Origin: an uncultured Chloroflexia bacterium
Lineage (GTDB): Bacteria > Chloroflexota > Ktedonobacteria > Ktedonobacterales > JADMIN01
Direction: 5' to 3'
DNA length: 40,000 nucleotides
Assembly (NCBI GenBank): GCA_963826075.1
Contig: CAWGVQ010000007.1
Location: 318,858 to 358,857, forward strand
Made by a program: the position numbers and the translations under genes. Shown one piece after another: positions 16,335 through 25,287 of the stretch. Below the pieces are notes generated by a model. The model ran no database searches and was not told the DNA's origin. It worked only from the letters and a program-made list of their open reading frames with translations. Within the stretch, counting starts at the first letter, position 1. Each line of letters starts with the position of its first letter.

Positions 16335-16430
16335 GGGGAATGAAAAACCCAGGCGACAAACGGGTTTGTGACCTGGGTGTCTACTGGACTGCGGGCTCCT
16401 CGGAGGGGATTCGAACCTCTAACCTTGCGG
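16335..16430 (-). repeat. proximal att repeat: element-derived terminator copy plus the 3' 35 nt of the functional tRNA-Asn
   Basis: Partner of 2161-2256. The 41-bp perfect core is 16390-16430. Confidence 0.88.
16343..16377 (-). terminator. rho-independent terminator downstream of tRNA-Asn
   Basis: On the minus strand there is a hairpin cccaggtcacaaa/tttgtcgcctggg followed by TTTTT. Confidence 0.6.
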
Positions 16431-16467
16431 TTAACAGCCGCCTGCTCTACCGTTGAGCTACCGAGGA
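16396..16467 (-). tRNA. tRNA-Asn (anticodon GTT)
   Basis: Folded by hand: acceptor TCCTCGG/CCGAGGA, D arm GCTC-AACGGTA-GAGC, anticodon loop CTGTTAA, T loop TTCGAAT. The T stem has one A-C mismatch and there is a G-A at 27:43. CCA is not encoded. Confidence 0.85.
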
Positions 16468-16680
16468 ATAGGTAGTTACTGGATGGGTCGACTCGCCAAT
16501 GCATCGATCGATACCACTCAGCTACAACCGGGTGAAGTATACACGCTATCGTCCATGCCGTCAAGATTCGTGCCGATCTACTGGTGCCGACCTATAGGTA
16601 CAGATCAAGCGCATTTGGCACCGCCGCCCTCTTCGAGAACATCCGGACCGAGACCGGTACGGCATCATGGAATTGGCAGC

Positions 16681-18006
16681 TCACTCCCGCGGATCACCTG
16701 AGCCAGCTAATCCTGCCAGCTGCAAGGGCGGTTCCGATATAGCGGTGGCAGGCATCTCTTGCGACGATGGACGCTCGCCCATACTCCGTCGGTTGAGAAA
16801 TGGCCGCTCGACTAATTGATAGGACAGGTAGGCTACCAAAAAGGCCAGGGGAAGACGGCGCAATGGAGTAGATAGATAGTTTTTTATTGCTGGAATCAAC
16901 GGATGGATAATAGGCACATGCCACATATAAAGGCTATAGGAGATCAAGCCAATGAAACGGAGTGGATAAAACTCAAAAGGAAAGCGAATCACCTTGTGAC
17001 CCCATACGATCGCCAGCAGTAGCGACCCATATGCCAGACCTATGAGTCCAGGAACGACAACGCCTGGCACTCCCATGTTGGCACCTGGGGCATACCGAGT
17101 CGATGCGTAGACCTGGTATGGGATGAGAGCCGCGATCAAGACAATTGCCCCAAGTAGCACCAGCCACGCTAAACGGTGCTGTTGCGTGATCGTTAGCCTC
17201 TTGTCCTCAACAGTGGCCACATATAGAACTGCACACAGCATCCCAATAGCGAATACTTCGAGAAACTTGCCCAATGATCCCATCGTAAGCAGGACAAAGA
17301 TCTGGCCAATGGCACCTAGCGTACTTCCCAGGCTGGGCAGCTGCGCCATGACCAGCCCATCCACCGTGCGTAATGCAAGCGCGAACACGATTATACCGGC
17401 GACCGCACCGATTAGTCTCCCAACGGACCGAGTAGCGCCGACCACGCGTGACAGCAGCAGCGCGAGTAGAGGCAGCGCTACGTAAAACTGCGCTTCCACC
17501 GCTAGCGTCCAGAATGGACCCTCAATTTCTTGAGCGAAGCGTGGGAAGTCATCGTGAATCAAAAAGACATGCGTCACAATGTCTTCCACCCACAACCAGC
17601 CATTGATCCCTGGAGCTCTGGGTTCGAAAAGAATCAGCAGTGTCAAGCAGACCAAATAGGCGGGAAGAATCCGAAGAGCTCGACGCTTGTAGAAGCGCTT
17701 CGCCAACGGCAGTGGCGCAGCATGCAAGATAGCACGCGCATAGGGGAGAAAGAGCAAGAAACCCGAGAGTACAAAGAAAAGATGGACCCCTGTGGCCAGG
17801 AAGTAAAACTCGTTGGCCGCGCTTTTCCCCCAGGAGCTAGATTCAAAGTGCTCGGCAAGGTAGAAATGGAAGGTAACGATGCTCAGGGCGGCAAGAGCGC
17901 GAAGCCCGTCAAGTGCCCGAATGTCACGCGAGCCGGTGTCCATCGGCAAAAGCAACCGTGCAGCACGCTTCCAGCGCGTGGAGTGTTGCTCAGCCCAGTC
18001 CTGCAT
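16681..18006 (-). CDS. acyltransferase family 3 membrane protein
   Basis: 441 aa, polytopic. The N-terminal motif LDGLRALAALSIVTFHF is typical of acyltransferase_3 (O-acyltransferases). Confidence 0.8.
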   Translation of the reverse strand: MQDWAEQHSTRWKRAARLLLPMDTGSRDIRALDGLRALAALSIVTFHFYLAEHFESSSWGKSAANEFYFLATGVHLFFVLSGFLLFLPYARAILHAAPLPLAKRFYKRRALRILPAYLVCLTLLILFEPRAPGINGWLWVEDIVTHVFLIHDDFPRFAQEIEGPFWTLAVEAQFYVALPLLALLLSRVVGATRSVGRLIGAVAGIIVFALALRTVDGLVMAQLPSLGSTLGAIGQIFVLLTMGSLGKFLEVFAIGMLCAVLYVATVEDKRLTITQQHRLAWLVLLGAIVLIAALIPYQVYASTRYAPGANMGVPGVVVPGLIGLAYGSLLLAIVWGHKVIRFPFEFYPLRFIGLISYSLYMWHVPIIHPLIPAIKNYLSTPLRRLPLAFLVAYLSYQLVERPFLNRRSMGERPSSQEMPATAISEPPLQLAGLAGSGDPRE

Positions 18007-18323
18007 TACCCGATCCCCCCATCAATGTCCCGGTTACAGTGCGCCACCGCTAGCATGTCTGTGGTACCAAGTAATCTTAACAGCACAGCAGTACTCCAAC
18101 ACAACTGTACTTAAGAAATGCCGCAATTCCACCAGCATATACGCCCTGACAGACTGGTCACCGTTGCGTCATACCGATCCCTGGTCGTGGAACCGCAAAG
18201 CGAGTGGTACCGAGTGGACAAATCTGTCCCTACAGTAAATAACGTCCTGATATAGCTACCTGAGTACAGCGTGGTAAACTTTCCGACAGCACCAGGACGA
18301 TTGGTACAGCTCGCCGGTTCTAT

Positions 18324-18357
18324 ATAATTCGCATATCAGGATAATTCGCATATCAGG
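18324..18357. repeat. perfect tandem duplication of 17 bp (ataattcgcatatcagg x2)
   Basis: Read directly from the intergenic region between the acyltransferase gene and secF. Confidence 0.9.
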
Positions 18358-18583
18358 CGCGTGGTCGCTGGCAGGGCGGGAGCCGCTGCTGATCCGGGCT
18401 GCCGCAGCGACGTGTTCGAGCACCTGCTCACACGTGCGAACAGCGTGCCACTGGTGGAAAGTCAGACAGCTGGAGGAGAAGAGGCCCAGGACTTAGAAGA
18501 GGCGCTGGAAACGGTCGTTCTAGAGGCCTGGCAGGCATTTCGGACGAACCACCGAACGACCTGAGCCAGCCAGGCGCTACACA

Positions 18584-19984
18584 CTAGACGCGCGCTCTGG
18601 CGACCGGACGAGGTGCACGCCGCTGCGGCTCGGCTGCTGCCGATCTTCTCAGCCAGGGGAACCAGTTTCGGTACTCCCCGGTCTGCCAGACATAGAGGAT
18701 CATACTGGCGTTGAAGATCGAGGAATAGGTGCCGGAAGCAATACCGATAAGGAGCGCGAGCACGAATTGCTGTATGCTCGAGCCGCCGAAGAGCACCTCT
18801 GCAGTCAGCACCATCAACACCGTAAGGGAGGTATTGAGCGACCGCGATAGCGTCTGGATCAAGCTGGTATCCACCACGGTGCCAAAAGACTCCGAGGTTC
18901 GGCGAGAGAGGTTCTCCCGTATGCGGTCGAATACCACGATGGTATCGTGCACCGAGAAGCCAATCACCGTCAGGATAGCTGTCAGGAAGAGCGTATCCAC
19001 TTTGAAGTTAAAGAAGTGGCCAAAGATCGCCCAGAGTCCCAGCACCACAAAGGCATCATGCAGCAGGGCGATGATGGCGCTGGCGCCAAAACGGAACCGT
19101 AGACTCCACGCACCTACCTTACGGAAGGCAATGGTGATGTAGAACAGAATGAACACCGCGGCCAGTGCGACCGCCAGTATGGCGTTCTGGGTAGTTTCAC
19201 TGGCTATGGATGGACCAACTGAGCTGTGATCCTGGATATAGACGAACCCATACTTGCTTCGCAGGTTTGCCAGTATGGTATTGAGCTTTGCGCTATTGTT
19301 GGTGACCAGGTCAGTCTGCGTATTGACTTCGTAGGTTTTATTGTTCGCGCCGATCTGAACCTGGCTTACCACCACCGGAAATGTGCTGGAAGAAGAACTC
19401 GAGGATGATGCTGCCGGCGTAGCCGTAGCCGTAGCCGTGGCTGCTGAAGTGGGGGTTCCCGCCGCCGGCGTGCTAGTAACCGAGCCAACTGGTGGTGCGT
19501 CGGTTTTGGGTAGGTCCTGTAGTGCTGCCTTGACCTCGGAAGCGGTCACTGGCGACTTGAAGAGCACCACCATGAAGGCAGTGGTATTGTTACCGCTTCC
19601 TGCTGCATACAGGGTATATACCGATTTATCGCTACTTAGCGCCGGAAGTTTATACTTGGATTCCTGCAGGCGAGCTAGAACTGTGCTCTCCTCGCTGGTA
19701 CCGATCGAATGGTTGAACTCGATGAATGCGTAGAGATTGGCTTTCGGCTGGTCAGAGCTGACCGACGGGTACACGCTTACGTCCTGAGCCTTCTCATGCT
19801 CAAATGTCTGTGTGATGACCGCGGGTGAGACATTGGCCGGCTGGAAACGCAGGTCAATAGTGGTACCCTGGGTGAAATCGATACCCAGATTCAGATGCCA
19901 GAAGATCAGCGCCAACAGACCAGGCACGATGACCACCAGCGAAAGGGCGAAAAAATAGTAGCGATAGCGGGTTAAATTGTACAC
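18584..19984 (-). CDS. secF: protein translocase subunit SecF (enlarged periplasmic domain)
   Basis: 466 aa. It has GIDFTQGTTIDLRF after TM1 and the typical C-terminal 5-TM block. It lies directly downstream of secD. Confidence 0.9.
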   Translation of the reverse strand: MYNLTRYRYYFFALSLVVIVPGLLALIFWHLNLGIDFTQGTTIDLRFQPANVSPAVITQTFEHEKAQDVSVYPSVSSDQPKANLYAFIEFNHSIGTSEESTVLARLQESKYKLPALSSDKSVYTLYAAGSGNNTTAFMVVLFKSPVTASEVKAALQDLPKTDAPPVGSVTSTPAAGTPTSAATATATATPAASSSSSSSSTFPVVVSQVQIGANNKTYEVNTQTDLVTNNSAKLNTILANLRSKYGFVYIQDHSSVGPSIASETTQNAILAVALAAVFILFYITIAFRKVGAWSLRFRFGASAIIALLHDAFVVLGLWAIFGHFFNFKVDTLFLTAILTVIGFSVHDTIVVFDRIRENLSRRTSESFGTVVDTSLIQTLSRSLNTSLTVLMVLTAEVLFGGSSIQQFVLALLIGIASGTYSSIFNASMILYVWQTGEYRNWFPWLRRSAAAEPQRRAPRPVARARV

Positions 19985-19990
19985 CCTGTT

Positions 19991-21592
19991 CTACTCCTCC
20001 ACACTATCGGACGCTTCGCCAGGCGTCTGGCGGCGTAGAGTTGACGGCCTCCGCCCATTCCTGACGTTGCCCACTGGCTCCATCTCAGTGGCGCTGCTTC
20101 CACCACTTCCCAGATCGTCATCCTCCTCATCAGCGTCAGTGTCACCTTCGGCATACCGGCTGCGGCTGGCCGCCGCGCTGGAAGACCTGGCCACCGCCGG
20201 TCTCGGAGCTACTCGCGAAGTTGGTCGTTTGTAGTGCCCAACATTGAGCGAGCTGGTCGGCAGACCGTAGAGCCACGGATGCAGCGCCACTCCCTGCAGA
20301 AGCAGTAGGTTGAGGAAGGTACGGGTAACAGTAACCGCGGTGAAAAGGCTTATGGCGACACCAATACCCAGGCTGATGGCGAACCCGACAATGACCGTGG
20401 CGCCGAAGTTATTGCCAAACCAGTACAGGATGACACAGGTAATCATCGTCGACGCATTCGAATCACGTATGGAAGGCCAGGCACGCTTGAAGCCGAGATC
20501 GATGGCCGACACCATGGTTCTGCCCGCGCGCAATTCCTCTTTGATACGCTCGAAGATCAGTACGTTAGCATCTACCGCCATACCAATGGTGAGAACCGTC
20601 GCGGCGATAGCCGGCAGGGAGAGTTGTATGCCCAGTATCTTAATGACGGCGTAGAGGAAGAGAGCGTACAGGCAGAGCGCCACATCCGCAATCAGTCCCG
20701 GCAAGCGATAGTAGAGGAGCATGAACAGCATGACCATGCCGAGACCTATTATGCCGGCTATCAAGCTGTTATTCAGTGCCTGTTGCCCCAGGGTGGGAGC
20801 GACCTGGCTATCGTCGATAACTTTGAGAGGCAACGGCAATGCACCGTACTTGAGTAGCGAGGCCAGGCTCTCGGCCGAGGCAGAGGTCATGTTGCCGCCG
20901 CTGATCTCGCCAACGCCGGTGATCTGGCTCTGGATGGTTGCCGATTCGATGACCTTGTTGTCCAGCGTAATGGTCAGGTAGTTACCGACATTGTTCTGGG
21001 TGTAGGTGGCAAAAGCGCTCTCGGCGTTTCCCTGGAACTCAAACTGTACGATAGGCGCGTTGGTGGTGGAATCCAGCCCGGCGCTGATAGAGCTTGGATT
21101 GAGTTCGGCACCGGTAAAGACGATCTTATACTGTCCCGAGGCGCAGTTCGTGGTGCAGGTCTGGCCGGTTACATCTTGGCCGACATTCAGCCCAGTGGAG
21201 CCGGTATCGATGATATTCATCTCGCCGGTGGTGCCGAGCAGAGTCAGCGCCGTTTGCTCGTTCTGCAGGTCAGGCAGCTGGATCAGCACCCGGTTGCCGC
21301 CTTCTGTGCGCACTACCGCATCGTTGACTGCCAGCCCCTCCGAGATACGCCGATTGAGATTGTCTATAATCGCGCCCATCTGAGGGGCGATTTGGCAGTG
21401 GGGCTGGCTGGTCGGGCAGTACACCTGCATGGTAATCTGTACGCCGCCCTGCAGGTCAAGGCCTTCCTGAACCTTCAGCGAGTTATTGTATCCGGCGAGG
21501 TGGATGCCCTTGGTATTGGGCAGGTCCACGAAGATAGCTCCCGCGGCCAGTACGGCGATAAAAAGGAGCCACAGATAAGTGCGACGATGCAT
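19991..21592 (-). CDS. secD: protein translocase subunit SecD (with a charged C-terminal tail)
   Basis: 533 aa. It has QEGLDLQGGVQITMQV after TM1 and the conserved TM block LIAGIIGLGMVMLFMLLYYR. Confidence 0.9.
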   Translation of the reverse strand: MHRRTYLWLLFIAVLAAGAIFVDLPNTKGIHLAGYNNSLKVQEGLDLQGGVQITMQVYCPTSQPHCQIAPQMGAIIDNLNRRISEGLAVNDAVVRTEGGNRVLIQLPDLQNEQTALTLLGTTGEMNIIDTGSTGLNVGQDVTGQTCTTNCASGQYKIVFTGAELNPSSISAGLDSTTNAPIVQFEFQGNAESAFATYTQNNVGNYLTITLDNKVIESATIQSQITGVGEISGGNMTSASAESLASLLKYGALPLPLKVIDDSQVAPTLGQQALNNSLIAGIIGLGMVMLFMLLYYRLPGLIADVALCLYALFLYAVIKILGIQLSLPAIAATVLTIGMAVDANVLIFERIKEELRAGRTMVSAIDLGFKRAWPSIRDSNASTMITCVILYWFGNNFGATVIVGFAISLGIGVAISLFTAVTVTRTFLNLLLLQGVALHPWLYGLPTSSLNVGHYKRPTSRVAPRPAVARSSSAAASRSRYAEGDTDADEEDDDLGSGGSSATEMEPVGNVRNGRRPSTLRRQTPGEASDSVEE

Positions 21593-21741
21593 GAAAGGGC
21601 CTCTCCCTCGCTACTCAGCCTGGGCACCGGCAACGTCAGATCCTACTTACAACACACCAGCCCAGGGAGATGATCACCCGCTGTCTACCTGATGCGCATC
21701 ACCGGTACCACCTCGGTAAAAGATCGGATATATTCAGGTTC

Positions 21742-21771
21742 AGTATATCGGAGAGCCGGAAGGCATGTCAA
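21742..21771 (-). promoter_or_regulatory. candidate secDF promoter TTGACA-N18-TATACT
   Basis: On the minus strand it reads ttgacatgccttccggctctccgatatact, about 150 nt upstream of the secD start. Confidence 0.4.
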
Positions 21772-21846
21772 CAAAAATAGTACGCGCCGACTCCGCTCTA
21801 CAACAGCGATTGCCGGTACATGACTCTCGCGCCTTCAGCACTCTCC

Positions 21847-23148
21847 CTACGTGGGCACCACCGCCGGTCGCGGTTCTCCCTCTTCCTCCCGCACTACCAA
21901 AAGTGCGGAGGAGATGACATTTGCGCTGCGGCCGAACACCGCCCGAACGGTCGCCAGGACCAGCAGACCATTGCGGACAATGAGGATGCTGTCCACCACA
22001 GTGTAATACGCATTGAGGGGTAGGTGATGGCGCAGCGGCAGTATTAACGGATACTCCACCAGAGTCAGCCCGCAGATGAGCAGCCAGATACCGTCGAAAC
22101 TGTCTACCGCAACCACAATCGGGATCAGCCAGATGAAGTACTGCGGGCTCAGGACTTTGTTGCTGGCTACTACCACGCAGAGGCAAGCTAGAAATGCCTG
22201 CTTGAAGCTTAGCTTGCCACTCAGCTGTCGCCAGTAGACAAAGAGGCAGCCGCCTATCAGCAGCACTGTAGAGAGCAGCTTGAAGGGACCGTCGTCAGGG
22301 CTGGCCCAGTTGAAAGCACCATATCCATATTCCAGCCGCACCGGTATGCCGAAGAAGTGGCTGATCCACAGCAGGGTGGCTGGCACCGACTCAAACTGAA
22401 GTGGACGCTGTGCGGCAAAACGAAACTCGGAGAGCGTACCGCCGGCATTCAGCAGGAGCGAGGCGGCAAATACCACGGCTACCAGAACCAGGCATAGGGC
22501 AACTCCACGTAGCATGGCCAGCAGTGCACTGGGCGAGAAGAGCGCACGGAGACGCTGCTGCAGCTGGATTGCAGTTGCGCCAAGGGGTGCCGCACCGACA
22601 GTGGCGAGTTGCTCAAGCGCCACTACCGGTAGTAGCAAGAGCGGATAGAGCTTGAGGAGCACGCCGATGGCAATCAGGATGTAGGCCAGCGTAAATCGGC
22701 GACGCTCAACTGCCCAGAGCGCACCGAGAGTAGCCAGCGCCGGCGCTACATCGTACGAGATCAGCAACACGGAGCCAGTAGCGACCAGGACGGCCGCTGC
22801 CAAAAGTAGAGCTCGAACCGTCCCTTCAAAGTGCCGGAAGAGAGCGTAGCTCATGAGCGCCAGCACCGCCATCCACGCGGTAAATGCGTTGATGGCCATG
22901 ATTGGCGACAGGATCGGCGGCACTATGGTGAGGCTAAAGAGCAGAAGCGAGAGTGGCGGGTATTCTGCCGGTAAGATATGGAATGGAGGATTACCCAACC
23001 AGAACGAGTGGCCGTAGTGATAAAAAAGCAGAACCTGCAAATCATCATGTGATAGTGCCGACATGGCCCGCATCAGCGACAGTCCGACTACCAGGGCAAC
23101 AATTTCAATAGCGATCTGCAGCCGCACTGGTAGCCGCCCCAATATCAT
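21847..23148 (-). CDS. polytopic membrane protein, DUF2029/GT-C-like glycosyltransferase candidate
   Basis: 433 aa with more than 10 hydrophobic segments. The early loop AEYPPLSLLLF resembles GT87/DUF2029 proteins. The assignment is tentative. Confidence 0.5.
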   Translation of the reverse strand: MILGRLPVRLQIAIEIVALVVGLSLMRAMSALSHDDLQVLLFYHYGHSFWLGNPPFHILPAEYPPLSLLLFSLTIVPPILSPIMAINAFTAWMAVLALMSYALFRHFEGTVRALLLAAAVLVATGSVLLISYDVAPALATLGALWAVERRRFTLAYILIAIGVLLKLYPLLLLPVVALEQLATVGAAPLGATAIQLQQRLRALFSPSALLAMLRGVALCLVLVAVVFAASLLLNAGGTLSEFRFAAQRPLQFESVPATLLWISHFFGIPVRLEYGYGAFNWASPDDGPFKLLSTVLLIGGCLFVYWRQLSGKLSFKQAFLACLCVVVASNKVLSPQYFIWLIPIVVAVDSFDGIWLLICGLTLVEYPLILPLRHHLPLNAYYTVVDSILIVRNGLLVLATVRAVFGRSANVISSALLVVREEEGEPRPAVVPT

Positions 23149-23199
23149 GCCTCTTCTTCCTTAGCTTTGGAACATAGAATGCACTTCGCAGCCCGATGG

Positions 23200-24183
23200 C
23201 TAGCGACTCGAGGAAGCAACCCCGACCGACTCAGTAGCAAACACGCCGATATTTCGGTATCGCTGATAGCGTCGTTCGAGGAGCTGATCGATTGGGTAGC
23301 GGTTCAACTCAGACAGCTGATGAAGAATTGTCGCCTTCAAAGTCGCTGCCATCTCGATGTGGTTCCGGTGCGCGCCACCCAACGGTTCCGGAATGACCTC
23401 CTCGATCAAACCGAGACGGAGCAAATCGGGTGCGGTAATCTTCATGGCCTCGGCCGCACTGGCGGCAAAACTGGCATCACGCCACAAGATGGAAGCGGCC
23501 GCTTCCGGGGAGGCCACCATATAGATCGCGTTCTCCAGCATGAGGACGCGGTCAGCTACGCCAAAAGCCAGTGCGCCACCGCTGCCGCCCTCGCCGATTA
23601 CGATAGAAAGTATCGTGGTTCGCAGCCGCGGCATGACCTGCAGATTCTCGGCAATCGCCTGGGAGATACCTCGTTGCTCATCTTCAAGCCCGGGTGATGC
23701 CCCTTGCGTATCGATTAAAGTAACTACCGGCAGATGGAATCTCTCCGCTTCACGCATCATTCTGAGCGCTTTACGGCAACCTTCGGGATGGGTCAGACCA
23801 AAGCTGCATTCGGTCTTCTCTTTGAGGTCGCGTCCCTTCTGGTGTCCCAAAATGACCACCGTCTGGCCATCGATGCTCGCAAGGCCTCCCTGTATGGCGC
23901 GATCGTCACCGTAGCGACGGTCGCCGCGCATCTCGAAGTAGTCTTCGCAGATGAGCTTGATGTAGTCATTGGTGTAGGGACGGTCGCGATGGCGGGCAAC
24001 CTGAACTCGCTGCCAGGTAGTCAGACTCCCGTAAACCTGCCGGGTCCGATCGTCGAGTTGCTGCTCCAGGTCGCGCAGAGTAAGACGCTCATCCGCCTTC
24101 AGGTGGCTGGTCTTCTTTTGCAGTGCCTGAATGCGCTTGTCGAGGTCGGCAAGCGGGCGCTCGAAGTCGAGATCGAATGCCAT
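23200..24183 (-). CDS. accA: acetyl-CoA carboxylase carboxyltransferase subunit alpha
   Basis: 327 aa. FERPLADLDKRIQAL..., RHRDRPYTNDYI and IDTQGASPG are typical of AccA. Confidence 0.93.
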   Translation of the reverse strand: MAFDLDFERPLADLDKRIQALQKKTSHLKADERLTLRDLEQQLDDRTRQVYGSLTTWQRVQVARHRDRPYTNDYIKLICEDYFEMRGDRRYGDDRAIQGGLASIDGQTVVILGHQKGRDLKEKTECSFGLTHPEGCRKALRMMREAERFHLPVVTLIDTQGASPGLEDEQRGISQAIAENLQVMPRLRTTILSIVIGEGGSGGALAFGVADRVLMLENAIYMVASPEAAASILWRDASFAASAAEAMKITAPDLLRLGLIEEVIPEPLGGAHRNHIEMAATLKATILHQLSELNRYPIDQLLERRYQRYRNIGVFATESVGVASSSR

Positions 24184-24275
24184 CAGCGAACACCTCTTTT
24201 CTCTAGTGCTTGCTTCACCTCCACCGTCCGTTATTGGTAGCGCTACGAGTGGCAGGGAGGCGATGATGTGAACGG

Positions 24276-25187
24276 TCAGCTTACGGCGCCCCTACTCGGC
24301 GACGCGGCACTATGATACAGTCGCAGAATTTTTGCCAGCGTTGGCCGTAGCATGCGGCGATGCACCACTGCGTCAATCATGCCATGCGCCAGACCAAATT
24401 CCGAAGTATTGGTATCTTTAGGTAGGCGCTGGTGCATGAACTGTTCGACCACACGCGGTCCGGTAAACCCTATCAGGGCTCCAGGCTCAGCCAGAATGAT
24501 GTCGCCTAGCGAGGCAAAGCTCGCCGTCACTCCGCCGGTAGTGGGATCGGTCAGCAGCGATATGTACGGCACACCGCTCTCCGCGAGGCGAGCCAGTGCC
24601 GCGGAGGTCTTAGCCATCTGCATGAGGGAGATGAGCCCTTCCTGCATCCGCGCACCACCGGAAGCGCTGATGATGAGCACCGGAATGCGGGCTTCCTGTG
24701 CCTTCTCGATGGCGCGAGTGATCTTTTCGCCCGCCACCGATCCCATGCTGCCCCCAATGAATCGAAAGTCCATGATGGCCAGCGCCAGGGGCAGACCTTC
24801 GATACGTCCGGTGCCGGCAACCACCGACTCTTTAAGGCCCGACTTGGCGCGCTCGTCCTGGAGCTTTTGCTTATACGGCTTCGAGCGGCTTACGAACTCG
24901 AGCGGGTCGGCAGGAAGAAGATCGCCGGCTAGCTCTACAAAGGAGCCCTCGTCCAGCAGCGACTCGATGCGCTGTTCCGCACTGAGCCGGAAGTGGTGGC
25001 CGCAACGCGGGCAGACCTGGAAATTCTTCTCCAGATCCTTGCCGACCAGCAACTCCCGGCAATTCTCACATTTGACCGCCAGGTTCTCGGGTACGGCGCG
25101 TGTACTGGTGGCGATTGAAGGATTGATCTCTGGGTGCTTGCCGTTCTCGCTAGTTGCCGGCAAAGCCGGACGTGACTCATCCTTCAC
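24276..25187 (-). CDS. accD: acetyl-CoA carboxylase carboxyltransferase subunit beta
   Basis: 303 aa. It has the Zn ribbon CENCRELL...CPRCGHHFRLSA and GGSMGSVAGEKI. It lies upstream of accA. Confidence 0.93.
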   Translation of the reverse strand: MKDESRPALPATSENGKHPEINPSIATSTRAVPENLAVKCENCRELLVGKDLEKNFQVCPRCGHHFRLSAEQRIESLLDEGSFVELAGDLLPADPLEFVSRSKPYKQKLQDERAKSGLKESVVAGTGRIEGLPLALAIMDFRFIGGSMGSVAGEKITRAIEKAQEARIPVLIISASGGARMQEGLISLMQMAKTSAALARLAESGVPYISLLTDPTTGGVTASFASLGDIILAEPGALIGFTGPRVVEQFMHQRLPKDTNTSEFGLAHGMIDAVVHRRMLRPTLAKILRLYHSAASPSRGAVS

Positions 25188-25287
25188 CTAATACCCCCTG
25201 ATCAGCACCTGGTGTCCGCCACCAGGAAATCATGCTGGTGCTATCTTCTCGTACTTTGTGTAGCTAGTCAACAGGCATTCGCTGTAT

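Larger units (their letters stand above)
2216..16430. mobile_element. tRNA-Asn-integrated genomic island / integrative replicative element. The repeat period is 14,174 bp.
   Basis: Direct repeats lie at both ends. The intact tRNA and a tyrosine integrase sit at the right end. The content is typical of mobile elements: Rep_trans, xis-like genes, a TA pair and an IS. Confidence 0.82.

Noticed and set aside
16295-16564. 89-aa ORF on the minus strand
   Set aside because: It runs straight through the tRNA-Asn gene and its terminator, so it is not a protein-coding gene.
18361-18564. 67-aa GTG-initiated ORF in the acyltransferase-secF spacer
   Set aside because: It has no RBS and no recognisable motif, and it is Ala/Gly/Glu-rich. 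It may be a gene remnant, but this is unsupported.
24352-25191. 279-aa plus-strand ORF. Similar cases are 25769..26350, 28608..29267, 20310..21673, 10312..10818 and 1434..1922.
   Set aside because: All lie antisense to confidently identified housekeeping genes (accD, ftsY, lon, secD, the anti-sigma gene, prs) and have skewed Arg/Ser/Pro composition.
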